From assembly GCA_964016885.1 (NCBI GenBank), contig OZ024741.1, positions 109,802,001-109,866,000 of the forward strand: a DNA stretch of 64,000 nt, read 5' to 3'. Shown here piece after piece: positions 26,858-41,447 of the stretch. The notes beneath the pieces are model-generated. The model had not been told where the DNA came from. It searched no databases and saw only the letters and a program-made list of their open reading frames with translations. This DNA comes from Eledone cirrhosa (taxonomy: Eukaryota). Made by a program: the position numbers and the translations under genes. The first letter of the stretch is position 1. The number at the start of each line of letters is the position of its first letter.

Positions 26858-27378
26858 TATGCATATATATATATATGTGTGTGTGTGTATGTATGTATGT
26901 ATGTATGTATGTATGTATGTCAAAGGGCAAAGGAGCTCTTAAGAGTCAATGGCCATCCAAAATCGTCAGGAGAGATGACCCCTTAGCCTTTGTCAAGGCA
27001 GAATTCTAGGAGAAGGAATACTCTGATATAACACCTGCAACCCTGATGGTATCCAATGATGTTGACTTGTTCTTCTTTTTGGTAAATATCATCTTGGTTA
27101 ATAGAGTGGGACTGGCTTTGTGCAATGCCTTTGCTCACTATAAAAGCTTCACGGCACAGGCATTGCTTATATCTGGATATCTCTCTGCAATTGTCGTCAC
27201 ATGGTACCATGGGCCCAGCACTATGTGTCAATAATTGTCACAAGTATAGTGTTTGTACCAGTGTTTTCAAGTCGCTGGCTGGACTAAAAAGTCAAACTCG
27301 TTCAGCGCATCGGTAGGGGTTCTCCTACATGGATATAAAGTAGTGGCCGTACTCGAAAACGAGTTGGCAGCCACCATG

Positions 27379-27477
<99 letters not shown>

Positions 27478-27633
27478 TTAAGGATACTATTTATGGTTAT
27501 GTATATAATAAAACCTTTTATGGTTATATATTTTTTATACAAACCCCAAATAGTGAAAGATAGTCATTTATTACTATCTTATTACCAGTAAGATAAATAG
27601 ATCAATGTAATAACATCAGTTGTTTTACAGAGC

Positions 27634-27702
<69 letters not shown>

Positions 27703-27971
27703 AATATAAATTAGCGAAATCGTTTTCAGCTCAGAAATTAACGAAAATCAACGTCCGATATGTGTGGCAAGCGCTCGATGAATCATATGAATCAGAGCTA
27801 CAACATACGTTAAGGGCCAAACACACTGAGATGATGGTTAAACATATCATCCGCACAGCCAAAACAAAACGACCAAGTAATTCGGGTCAAACAATAAAAA
27901 TATATGTGTTGATACTTTCCCATATATGTATATATAGGAAAATGTTAAAGACACCGACGTCGGGGTCTTGA

Positions 27972-28013
<42 letters not shown>

Positions 28014-28724
28014 GTATATATATATATATATAAATATATATATATATGCACCAACAAAAGCACTAGCATCACATCATTAGACCAATCTTATATACATACA
28101 TAACCACACATACACACATTAATACATACTTACATACATATATGCATATGTGTGTGTCTGTATGTGTGAGAATGGTGGGGGTGGCCGTATGCAGATCCAC
28201 TAGACATATTGACGCGTTCATGTGTTTATAGCTGTCCTCCTTTTTAATAAATGGACATGTTGAGACACGGCTGGAGTTATTGTTGTTTCTGCTGTATTAT
28301 TGTGGTGGTGGTGGTGGTGGTCGTGATGGTGGTGGTGGTGTTGGTGGGGGTGGTGGTATTTTTGTTGTTGTTTGTGTCACAGGTGTCGTTGTTGTTGCTA
28401 GCGTTGTTAGTGACATAGATGATGTGTTCATCTAAATTGCTCATATATGTTTCAGTTGATCGTTACACTTAATCCTGATGATCATAAGCAATGCCTTATC
28501 GCGGATTTTGCTGCAGATGGCAACTTCTTTTCCCTTCTCTAAGAGTCTTCACACTATTTCATAGCATCTCCGGGCATGAACACTCACTCACATACACATA
28601 CAAACATATTTATGTGTGTGTGTATATATAAACACAAATATGTTGGCTGCATTTCGATTTTAAGAATTGCCACTATTTGATCCCCACCCACACATGTGTG
28701 ACACGATAAATAACCTTTTTAGAC

Positions 28725-29046
28725 AAGGGTCAGCCATGCACACGCAATACACGTGGAATATATTTATATCAAGTGATGTCAGTGCATGAAACTTTTTAAG
28801 TAAAGAAAGGCCTTGCACTAGAGCCTAAGGCACCCAAGTGAAATCTTTCTGATTTTTTTACCCCAACTTTTCAGTTTACGATCGAGGAAAACAACGTGTA
28901 CGAATTCTGAAGAAACAAATCAAAACAACCTGAGTTACCACCCTTTTTTTAATGTGGGCACGAATGTAAATTGGCGCTTGAAGCCCGCCTGATGATGAGC
29001 CATATCTCATGCGGCCCGCTTCTCGAAAAAGGTTGCCCATGCCTGC
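28725..29046. mobile_element. hAT-like non-autonomous element
   Basis: CAAGGGTCAGC..GCGGCCC..GGTTGCCCATGCCTG; flanks TTTTAGAC/CACTAGAC. Confidence 0.5.
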
Positions 29047-29821
29047 ACTAGACCAATCCTACTCTCTGACAGGTATCCAATAATAAGTCAACATCATTGA
29101 CTGCCATCGAGTCGCACATTTTATATCAGAGTTTTCCTTCTCCTAGAATGATGTGCTAACAAAGACCAGGGATCTGTCACACACGGTAAGCTAACCATGC
29201 ACTCCGGTACCAAACCGACTATTTTCAATCGCGCGCGCGTTTGAGTGTGAAGAGATTACACGGAGAAACACAAGAACACACGTTTCGTTGAGTGATCTCA
29301 ACTTATTCAACTTTTCGTTGAAACACTGTAAGTTGAATAATTTGAGTTCGCTCAAAGAATTATTGTCCTTGCGTTTCTCTGTGATATGTCTTCGTTGCAA
29401 TATTGAATTCAATAATATATTGAAATAACTATATATATATTTCTTTTCTTTCTAATAAAAGGTTGGGTTAGAGAATACACACTTGCTTTTTATCAAAAGT
29501 GATTTTTACCGTTCCTTTCTCTTCTCAATCTCTATTTCCTTTTTCATTTCTTATTATACCTACTGATAAAGGACTTATGTCCCAAACCTAATGACTCCTT
29601 TCCTACTACATCAAGCGTTAAGTTAATATATTTATTCATTGTGGTGTATTGTTTTCTTTATGTTTCCATTTACGTTTTGCATATTTAAAGAATGTTTCCA
29701 GTCCGGCCTTCTGAATACACCACTTTCACAATTGAAGGATATAATATTTATTATGTAACTGACACAGGCTTCGATTTCAAGTTACACAAATTCAACTAAC
29801 GGAAAAGGATTACTACTATAA

Positions 29822-29903
<82 letters not shown>

Positions 29904-30232
29904 TTTAAAAAGAACAGAAGGCCGCACTGGAAACGTCTTCAAAGCGAAATCACTATACGTATTTCAATGACTCACTTTGATCATCCTTTGATCATCATGA
30001 TGCAAGACTTAAGCAATTTTATCACCTGTTGATTGCACAATTAGTTATATAAGATAACAAGATTATGGCGAACACAGACAAAAGTGGATAGAAATAGTTT
30101 GGGTATGGCTGGCCAATTCTGTATAACGGCAAATCATTCCCGTTACGTTAACAACGAATTGGCGAACATCCTAGAACAAGGTCTATCCTCTGCTCTTTGT
30201 TTGTGTTGGCTGTAATCCTCTCTTATATAACT

Positions 30233-30460
30233 AACTTTGCAATCAACACTTGCATTATAATAGGAGGATCAAACTTTGCAATCAACACTTGCATCCTGAT
30301 CGGAGGATCAAACTTTGCAATCAACACTTGCATCCTGATCGGAGGATCAAACTTTGCAATCAACACTTGCATCATGATCGGAGCATCAAACTTTGCAATC
30401 AACACTTGCATCCTGATCGGAGGATCAAACTTTGCAATCAACACTTGCATCCTGATCGGA
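30233..30460. repeat. 39-bp minisatellite, ~5.8 copies
   Basis: AACTTTGCAATCAACACTTGCATCCTGATCGGAGGATCA. Confidence 0.95.
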
Positions 30461-30692
30461 TGATTAAACTGGGCCATTGAGTTTTCTCAAAATTAAAACT
30501 TTAAAGAATGTTTCCAGTCCGGCATTCTGTTGTTTTTAAATGAATATTTAAATTCGTTCCTGCACCAGCCACGGATAACCACATCTACGATGTATGACTT
30601 GCATGATGTTGAGGGCTTTTATTTATTGCATCATCGTTTACTAACCGGATTGACCTGTTCTACCTTTGGTAAAAGAAAAAACTTAAATGGTA

Positions 30693-30777
<85 letters not shown>

Positions 30778-30790
30778 GTATGTATATGTA

Positions 30791-31493
30791 TATAAGGAAC
30801 AAGGAGCTGTGTGGTTACTTGAAAAAGTGTATTTAGAAATGAAAGGAAAGCACAAACAAGGGACAGATCTTCTCGTCAGTTGTCTGCTGGGGGTCTCGGA
30901 CATTTCAACGCATTAAAGATAATATGTCTATCCCCAGAGAAAAAAGGCGCTGAAAACATACTGATAGGAGGGGGGCACAAGGAGCAGCACATGTATGTAA
31001 GTAACCGAGAGAGAGAGTGAGGGAGAGAGATAGAGAGATAGAGAGAGAGATAAGTCAAACCGGCGGCTGGACATAAGTCCGCGGCGTTATTGACAGCAAG
31101 ATATGGAGAGCGAAGAAAAACAAGTCTAACCTCGGCGGGAGTAGACAAAGAGAGGTAGAGACGAGAAGAAACGGAAGTAGTAAAGGAGCAGCGAGAAAGA
31201 GAGTATAAGTGAGTGGGAGAAGGAGAGAGAGCGAGAGAGGGGGAGCGAAAGGGAAAGAAAGAAAGGGAGAGGGAGGAAGGAAAAGAGTTAATAATAACAA
31301 GGGAGATGGAGAAAAAGAACAGGTCACAGCAAAAGATTAATACAAATTTATAAGGAACAAGGGGCTGTGTGGTTACTTGACACTGTATTTAGAAATAAAA
31401 GGAAAGCACAAACAAGGGACAGGTCCCCTCTTCAGTTGTCTACTGGGGGTCTCGGACACTTCAACGCATTAAAGACAATATGTCTATCCCCAG
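30791..31493 (-). mobile_element. 556-bp-unit element with permuted-HHR motifs at 30872-30937 and 31428-31493
   Basis: ~145-bp direct repeats; CTGGGG-ata-GACAT-A-TTrTCT-ttaatgcgtt-GAA-rTGTC-cgaGAc-CCCCAG-y-AGACAA-CTGAmGA. Confidence 0.8.
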
Positions 31494-31561
31494 TGCATCA
31501 ATAACTTTTGTAAGTTATTGGGGAAAGAAAAAAGGAGAGAGAAAATAAATTAAACAGAAGG

Positions 31562-31634
<73 letters not shown>

Positions 31635-31637
<3 letters not shown>

Positions 31638-32010
31638 GTATGTATAGTATATTTGGCAATATACCGTATCTTTAAGTAAAAACATTTTGAAGACCTTGCG
31701 CTATCATTTTAAAGTAGTGACTATGTCACTTACTTCATTTTTCGACAAAGGAAGTGAGAGAAGCTAACAGATTCTGTTTCACACTGTTGGTGTTCCTCAG
31801 AGCAACGTACAATTATAGAGGCTGGATTCTTATAGAATTCCAGTAATAATCAGGAACTGATTATACAGAGCGATTGCCGGTCCAGCAAACATTTAAAATT
31901 AGGGTTGGTGCTCTGAAATAGCGATATATACATGAATGTATGTATAGTATATTTGCCAATATATCGTATGTTTAATTAAAAACATTTTGAAGACCATGCG
32001 CTATCATTTT
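31635..32010 (-). mobile_element. Retrozyme-like 300-bp unit with canonical-core HHR at 31763-31803
   Basis: Direct repeat 31681/31981; GCT-CTGAGGA-ACAC..GTGT-GAA-ACAG..CTGT-T-AGC. Confidence 0.75.
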
Positions 32011-32045
32011 TCCACATATATATAAAAAGTGTAACACTACCAATC

Positions 32046-32128
<83 letters not shown>

Positions 32129-32519
32129 TAACAGATTAAAGTTTAAGCAAAGAATCGCTGCTTTCACCCTTAACGGGATCTTCTGAAACTAACAAAGTCA
32201 GTTGGAACATAGTTTACGCAACGATTAATTCTGTTCAAAAGCAGTATACTGTTCCCTATCTCAACCATTTTCTTTTTTCTTCTAAGGAAATTTATGTGGC
32301 CACATCCAGGCAACCCCAGCAAATGTTTAAAAACGTTCTGAATCAAATTTACTAAAAGTTAATTTGAAACATTCCTGAAACAACATGAAAAACAAAAGAA
32401 ATATTAGGTTTTCTTAATAAAGCACACAACTTCTATAAGAGAAACGCATTTTTGTTTACAACAATAATTTCTGTAGAATCAAAAACATAATGTGAACACT
32501 GAAAACTGAATATTGAACA

Positions 32520-32850
32520 TTATTTTTGCATAAGAGAGGATTTACTGGCAGTTGGGTATGTTTTACGGTTTTCGGTAACGATCTGTAAAACAAATTGTTT
32601 CTCAGTTTCATCTTTTATGAGAATGTTATTGTAATCCTGAATGAGTTTGACACCTCTTTCTGCTACATCATTCACAACAGCTATCTTCTCAAGTTTTTCA
32701 AGTCCACTTTTGTAACCAGGATCATCCTTCCACGTTAAAGGGTATTTGTCGAGGAAATCGGTGGTGATAGAAATCTCGTGAAGAAAGTTTTTGTACCAGG
32801 AGTTACAAAAGATAAAAACTTGATGTTTGTAAAGGAAGAAAAGTCATTTT
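32520..32850 (-). pseudogene. DNA transposase C-terminal remnant (hAT-related, tentative)
   Basis: FLDKYPLTWKDD..VVNDVAERGVKLIQDYN..KDETEKQFVLQIV..RK; frameshift near 32770. Confidence 0.65.
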
Positions 32851-33226
32851 GGTGAAGAATGTACCTCTTCAGTTGATTTTTTTCTTCTTCCTCTTCTTCA
32901 CCTTTGTCTGCTTCCAGCATAAGTTGAGCAATGTTTACCTTAACCTCTCATTGCTCTCCTTTTCTCATTGCTCACTCCTTTTATCCTTGCTCTCCTTCCT
33001 CTCCCTTTTTCATTACTGTCCTTGCTCTCATTTTCTCATCGCTCTCCTTGCTCACCTTTTATCTTTGCTCGTCCTTTCTCATTGCTCTCCTTTTCTCATT
33101 GCTCTCCTTTTCTCTTTGCTCTCCTTTTCTCCTTGCTCTCTCTTTCTCCTTGTATCTATTATATACAAATACAATGAGAAAGGGGGAAAAAGGAGAAATA
33201 TGAAAGCAAGGATAGTAAGGAGAGTT

Positions 33227-33288
<62 letters not shown>

Positions 33289-33292
<4 letters not shown>

Positions 33293-33462
33293 TGAGATTC
33301 TACAGGACTAGAACTGTTTCATTCATTAGAAATCATCAGGAATCTCTAATGAATGAAACAGTTCTAGTCCTGTAGAATCTCATCTATATTAAAACTGTTA
33401 TACTCTGCTATGTATTGAGTACCTTACTTACTGTGGTTACCTCCGATTCAACCCGGAATAAC
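33289..33462. mobile_element. Fold-back HHR element (HHR 33295-33345 minus); degenerate relatives at ~43200-43315, 55250-55432, 60520-60720
   Basis: AGATTC-CTGATGA-TTTC..GAAT-GAA-ACAG..CTGT-A-GAATCT. Confidence 0.8.
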
Positions 33463-33505
<43 letters not shown>

Positions 33506-33787
33506 TTAGAAAGTGACGATTTTTTTACAGAATGAAAAATAACCGAGGTGTCCTACACGAGTGAAAGTATAAAGAAAAAAAGATGAAATCGAAAATGCAA
33601 ATGGAGTCTTATTTTAAAAAATATATATATATTTATTTGGTTCCTTTACCGGTTTCGCAGTTCTTCTCCTTTTCAAAAGTAGAGTTCAGATGGAGGGTCT
33701 GTGGTTTTTCTGAAAAAGGAACCAAATAAATATATATATATTTTTTAAAATAAGACTCCAGTTGCATTTTCCATTTCATCTTTTTTT

Positions 33788-33833
<46 letters not shown>

Positions 33834-34108
33834 GTGAGGTTTTTTTTACAAAATGAAAAATAACTGAGGTGTCCAACACGAGTGAAAGTATAAAGAAAAA
33901 AAGATGAAATCGAAAATGCAAATGGAGTCTTATTTTTAAAAATATATATATATTTATTTGGTTCCTTTACCGGTTTCGCAGTTCTTCTCCTTTTCAAAAG
34001 TAGAGTTCAGATGGAGGGTCTGTGGTTTATCTGAAAAAGGAACCAAATAAATATATATATATTTTTTAAAATAAGACTCCAGTTGCATTTTCCATTTCAT
34101 CTTTTTTT

Positions 34109-34190
<82 letters not shown>

Positions 34191-34385
34191 GTGAGGTTTT
34201 TTTTACAAAATGAAAAATAACTGAGGTGTCCAACACGAGTGAAAGTATAAAGAAAAAAAGATGAAATCGAAAATGCAAATGGAGTCTTATTTTAAAAAAT
34301 ATATATATTTATTTGGTTGCTTTACCGGTTTCGCAGTTCTTCTGCTTTTCAAAAGTAGAGTTGAGATGGAGGGTCTGTGGTTTTT
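33506..34385 (-). mobile_element. Three (TA)n-separated copies of a U3-A8 mini-HHR element (HHRs 33644-33679, 33965-34000, 34320-34355)
   Basis: CTT-TTGAAAA-GCAG..CTGC-GAAA-CCGG-TA-AAG; the first two copies have an inverted tail. Confidence 0.75.
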
Positions 34386-34484
34386 CTCGCATCTAGTTGG
34401 TCTGTGAATGTTACTTGTTTTATATGGAAAAAGTGGCTCGAAATGCCAGGTTTTTCGAGAAGTAATTTGATTGGTTGGTCAATA

Positions 34485-34673
<189 letters not shown>

Positions 34674-35073
34674 TATATATGTGTATATATATACATATTA
34701 CTCAATGCTGAGTACTCATTTCTCACAGCTGTCAACCACAAATAGGTAATTTTCCGAAAGTTAAAAGTCCTCAGCTTTGCAAGTTGCCTTCCCTATTATA
34801 TTAAGTGTCACTTATCCTTCTAATACCAAGAATAAGTCTGATCAAGTTTCTAATTTAAGAGAAAATTATATAAGAGATGAAAAATATTTATCTGAAAAAA
34901 ATGACTTTCCAGGCGAAAATTTCAAAATTTCACTGTCGATGAGGGTCGTCTTATAGTTGTTCGCTTGAGCTAAAGTTCTGCATAGATTTGTTTTTTGTTA
35001 ATTAGAACAAGACAGGGTGGTGGGAGCTTAACCTTTAGTTGAAAAATAAGGGCCACCCTAATATATATATATA

Positions 35074-35112
<39 letters not shown>

Positions 35113-35189
35113 GCCAACAACACAGCTCGCCATTTTTCATTCATATATATATATATATATATATATATAAGTATATATATATAAATATC

Positions 35190-35295
<106 letters not shown>

Positions 35296-35340
35296 TATAT
35301 ATATAGAAGTATATATATATAAATATCTATATATATACAC

Positions 35341-35377
<37 letters not shown>

Positions 35378-35814
35378 CATATATACATATATATACATAT
35401 ATATATACATATATATAAATATATATATACATATACATATATATATATACATATGCATATATATATATATATACATATAGGAAAATATACATTTTCCTAT
35501 TACCCACTCTACTACCCTATGTATTGAGTACTCTGGTGCGTTATGGTCCATCTGGTTCCTTACCACACTTCCTATCTATCTATATATATATATACATATA
35601 TAGATAGATAGATAGATAGATATATGGAGGGTTCGGATCCCCGACAGCTGAGCTCCTGCCGTTTGGACAGCTAGAATCGAAGTGCATTCATTTGTAGCTG
35701 TTGAAACGGCAGGAGCTCAACTGTCCCGAATCCTTTATATTACCCATTCTACTACCCCAACTATCGAATACTCTGGTGAGTAATGGTCTAAATGGTTTTT
35801 AGTGCATCATTCTG

Positions 35815-35859
<45 letters not shown>

Positions 35860-35862
<3 letters not shown>

Positions 35863-36588
35863 AAAATATGGAAAAAATGAAACGAAATTTCATTTCTCAC
35901 TCTTAGTACGGCTGTTACTTAAATATAAGTGTGTATACGTACATACATATATGTATACAGACGTACAGTAGCATGTATATATATACATACATGCACACAC
36001 ATATATATATGTACGTATGGATTTACCGAACATTTATTATAATGTTCGGTTTGTTTGTAAACAAACAGCCTGAATTAAGCCGTACAGTGTTCGGCAACCA
36101 TCGTTGCCCTTTTGTTCAACACTGACAAAGGAACGATGAACTAGTTTCAAGCTTATTAACTATCGTCAGCACCGTATACTTTCCTGTCAGATGATTGAAC
36201 GTTTGAAATGATATACTTTCCTTATGCATATTAACGGCTGAGCAGCCTAATTTGCATATCGAGTGAGTCAGTCGGCCGGGCGCACAGAAAACGATAAATG
36301 GAAAAAAATGAAACGAAATTTCATTTCTCACTCTTAGTATACGATGCTGACGATAGTTAATAAGCTTGAAACTAGTTCATCGTTACTTTGTCAGTGTTGA
36401 ACAAAAGGGCAACGATGGTTGCCGAACACTGTACGGCTTAATTCGGGATGATTGTTTACAAAGAAACCGAACATTATAATAAATGTTCGGTAAACCCATA
36501 CGTACATATATATATGTGTGCATGTATGTATATATATATACATACTACTGTACGTCTGTATACATATATGTATGTACGTATACATACT

Positions 36589-36590
<2 letters not shown>
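35860..36590. mobile_element. ~431-bp unit plus inversion; canonical mini-HHRs at 36133-36175 (minus) and 36341-36383 (plus)
   Basis: ACGATG-CTGACGA-TAGTT.AGCTT-GAAA-CTAG-TT-CATCGT; direct repeat 35871/36302. Confidence 0.85.
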
Positions 36591-36620
<30 letters not shown>

Positions 36621-36641
36621 TATATGTATAAATATATATAT

Positions 36642-36795
<154 letters not shown>

Positions 36796-36811
36796 CGAGA
36801 GAGAAAGAGAG

Positions 36812-37030
36812 ATGTAAAATCGCGACCGTGGCGCCAAGCGGTTTCGGCTTGTGTGCTTAGGAAGCCTTTTACAAGGGGACTACACCTTTGAAAGGCTTGC
36901 TGAACACTCAAGCCGAAGACTCTAGGCGCCACGGTCCAGATTTTACATATTTTTAAACCCACTCTACATCTCCCCATATATCGTATTGAGCACTCACATG
37001 GTTAGTGACTCCTCGGTCTCAGCAGATTGT
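36812..37030 (+). mobile_element. Decayed fold-back HHR element with bulged-hairpin tail
   Basis: ~135-bp imperfect palindrome; stem II GGCTTG..CAAGCC; ACTCTAC..GTATTGAGCAC at 36961. Confidence 0.6.
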
Positions 37031-37191
37031 ATTTACACGTACACACACACACACATATATACACATACACACATACACACACACACACACACACACATAC
37101 ACGCACAGATATACACACATGCATACACACACACACACATACACGCACAGATATACACACACACACGCACACATACTCAGACACATATATA

Positions 37192-37247
<56 letters not shown>

Positions 37248-37379
37248 TAGATAGCAGATAAATAGATAGTCAGATACATACATACTTATATATACGTATG
37301 GGTGCATACATACACGTATCTGTATATATATATATATAATATATATATAATATATGTGTGTGCGTGTGTGTGTGTATGT

Positions 37380-37442
<63 letters not shown>

Positions 37443-37717
37443 TGCATAGAAATATACACGCATACATATATCTATACGAATGCATAAACATACACATAAA
37501 AGACAGAATAACAAATATGAAAGTACAATATTTAGTCATATTTGTAAAGTTGGTGAAGGGTGTGGATAGACAGAGAAAATCTTATCACGTAATGTAGGTG
37601 GCGCCATGTGTGTGTATTATTGTTTGGTCATCCAGTCCAGCAAACACGCCATTGTTGTGTACTAATATCAAATATTGATCAAAACTGTAATCATCAATAT
37701 TACTGTATATATATATG

Positions 37718-37796
<79 letters not shown>

Positions 37797-37819
37797 CTTT
37801 GTATGTATTTATGTACGCA

Positions 37820-37887
<68 letters not shown>

Positions 37888-40243
37888 TACTATACATATA
37901 TGTATAGAGATATATCATTTTATCCCGCTATCTATCACATTTTCTCTCTCTATTCCTCTCTCTCTCACCCCACCCCTCTCTCTCTCTCTCGCTCTCCCTC
38001 TCTCTCTCTATATATATACATATATATGTATGTACACATATACAAACATACACACGCATTCATGTACGCACATACACACACTATTTTACATCGTTTATAT
38101 ATAATGTATATAAATATTGTATGTATGAATTGCGATGCCTCTGGTGCCAAGCTGTATCAATCTTGTCCTTCCATTGGACAACATCGTTGGCGTGGAGAGG
38201 TGAACCTGTATGTATGGGTTACTGCTGGTCTCCCACAAACATACTTATCCCGGGTTGTGCACCATCGAGGAATTTTCTATGTCTTAAAATCCATCGTCTT
38301 TCGTGACCAAAATAGAACTATACTACTTAATATATATAGCACGACTTCAAAATGAAGAGACGGGTTGGTCAAGACGGGAGTTCTTTTGAGCAGAATGTGG
38401 TTGAACAAGAACAACATTATTGTAACTAGTGAACCAACAGAAGGAGACTAGATTTGCTTGAAATAGTAGTCAAATTCCCTCAAAACCAGATCTTATTGTC
38501 TTAAATGAGACAAAACAGTCCACGATATATAAGATTCATTCGGCGACTAACTAAGGTTTAGTTGCTGGTCAAGCTGTCAGGTCTCGTATCATTGGGGTGG
38601 CGATGTTATGACAGTATTCATTTTTTTCTCTCATTTTAAAAGTCATAATAAATCTGAAGTATCAGTAAAGAGACAGGATGATCATAGCTGAGATAACTTA
38701 GACGACAGACATGTCTACACGGTCAAAGATAATCTGTGGCTAAACAACAAAAATGACAACAACAACAGCGACGACATTAAAAACAACAACAATGACAACA
38801 ACGATGAAAATAACAACAACGACGGGGCAACAACAGCAACAACAACAACAGCGATAACATCAACAGCCATCGACAACGAGACAATAATGGCAACAACAAC
38901 GACAGCGACGACAACAACACCAATCAGCTTATACTTCGGTTAAAGATGGTCAACAAGATAAGAGACGGTGTTTTACTGTCCCATCCCACTAACATACTGA
39001 CCAGCCACTATGTGGAGGCGGTCAAGCGGAACATGTCTGAGTTGTGTGAGTGTTTGTGTGTGTGTTCTGACTGATAATATCAGCAGCAACGAGAGTCGAC
39101 GAACAAGCTGTAGTTATATGTTCGTCCAACCATTAGCAGCCAAAAACTACTAGCTTTAAAAAGCAAGATATTTTTGGATAATGTTAGAAATACATTGCAC
39201 ATTGGCATTTCTATATGACCACCCAATCAACTAGAAATAGCAGCCAAATCTGTCACAAATGACAGATTACTAGCATTAAAAAGCAGAATATTTTTGGAGG
39301 CTGTCATAAATACATAGCTCACTGCCTCAAACCACACTTTTTCCTTTCCTTCATTGAAACTATAATTCCTGGTGGAGTTGAAGGAATACCGTAGTGACAT
39401 ACATCGTTTCTTCAGCATTTCTTAAACCTGGCAGAGCCCATCTCTTCTATGGGTCTGAACATTTCTTCCATAGAAGGAAAGAGAATGATAGAGAGGAAGT
39501 GAGAAAGAGATATACAGGAAAAATTGCTCCCACTACAGGATTGGTACTCTATTTATCGACCGCAAAAACATGAAAGTTGACCTCGGCAGAATTTGAACTG
39601 AGAGTGCAGCGAGTCGGAACAAATACCACAAAACATTCTGTTCGATGTTCTAATGTTTTTTTCCAATTCGCCGCCTAAATCACACCATCTTTAAAAAGCA
39701 GGATGATTTTGGATAATGTTGTCTAAGATACATTGTTCACTGGTATTTCTATATGGTCACCCAACCAACTATAAATAGTACCCAAATCTCCCTGGAAGCA
39801 CATTCTACCAGCTTTTTAAAAAAGGTACATTCATCATTAATTTGCAGAGAATGCTTTGCGTTATTCGTTCCTGCTCTCTGCTCTCTGAGATCAAATCCTG
39901 CCGAGACTAACTTTGTCTTTTATCCATTCAAGGTCAATAAAAAGATTACCAGTCTAGTATAGGGTCGATTCTTCCTCTATATCCCTTTCACACTTCCTTC
40001 TCTGGAAGAAATCTGCTGAATTTAGACAAGGAGAGACGGGCTCCGCCAGATTTTAAAATATCATAAAAATTGCCGTATGGGGAGGAGGATTATATTGAGT
40101 GCAGTATTTTAGTGTAACTTTATTTTATAGAGCCCAGAAGGCTCAAAGGCAAGGTTGACTCCGATAGGATTTGAACCAAGAAGAAGAAGAAGAAGAAGAA
40201 GAAGAAGAAGAAGAAGAAGAAGAAGAAGAAGAAGAAGAAGAAG

Positions 40244-40295
<52 letters not shown>

Positions 40296-40928
40296 TCGAC
40301 GACCACGACCACGACGGTAAACAGGACGACGAGGCTTGAATACATATCAGTTTGAGAAGCTTCACAGTGAAACTGATATAAATAGTGACGTTTAAATCAT
40401 TGTTTGTGAAACACCAGTGTCTGATATAGGATGGATCTAGTTAAACGATCGCCATTTTAAATGGACTTGCTATTGTATTGATGTAATTACACTTTGTAGT
40501 GAGGTTAAACATTGTTCAAGATGTCAGTTTTGTTATTGTTGTTGTTGGTTGTAGGGGTGGCGGTGAAGGTGTTACTGCAGTTGTAGTCATTGTCGTTGTT
40601 GTTGTTATTGGCGTTACTATTATTGTTGTTTTTGTTATTGACGTTGTTATTATTGTTGTTGTTCTTGCAGCTGTTGCTGGTGTTATTGTTACTGTTTTTG
40701 TTGCTGTTGTTGTAGTAGCAATAATAGTCGTTGTTGTTGTTTCCTCGCTGTATTTGGTGTTGTTGGTTTTGTTGTTGTCAACATTAGATAAACATCTAGT
40801 GACTAGCAGATTCTCCTGAATATTTTACTGTTGTTATATTTTCAGAAAAGGTACGCCTATTAACTTGAAAAACTTTTGGATTAAGCGGTGTATGCATCTA
40901 AATTAGAAGAGTTGTATTATGTGTGTAT

Positions 40929-40996
<68 letters not shown>

Positions 40997-41447
40997 CGTT
41001 TCTGAATTTGTTTAGCAAGATTCTTTATCTGAAATCGTGTGTTGAAACCGGTATTGTTATACTTTGGGAGGGTCATGTTGCCAATAAGAAACACACGCAC
41101 CAGTTGCTTTCACTTCAATTTATTATAATAAATTTATAAATTTAGGAATTTATAAATTTCCGGTTGGTTGGTTGGTTCCACAACCAGATAGTTGTTTATA
41201 TATTGTCAAAGTTCTTTCGTCACACATTATGTGACCTCTTCAGTGACTGGGGATTCTTTTCTTTGATTTGTGCCTCTCCTTTGTTCTGTCCTACGCCATT
41301 TTGTTTCTGTGTGTGTGTTGTGTGCTCAGTCTGCGCATGCGCCACATCCGGGTGTCTGTGTGTGTTTATATTCGTTTATTTATTTGTTTATTTACATGTT
41401 ACCGGTTGGTTGTTTGTTCTATGTGCGTGTGTGTTTTCATTTTGTCC

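Noticed and set aside
29560-29590. HHR CTGATAA-AGGAC..GTCC-CAAA
   Set aside because: Two uncompensated core changes; at most a dead relic
30233-30460. CRISPR-like 39-bp repeats or repeat-protein ORFs
   Set aside because: Head-to-tail with no spacers; the ORFs follow from a period divisible by 3
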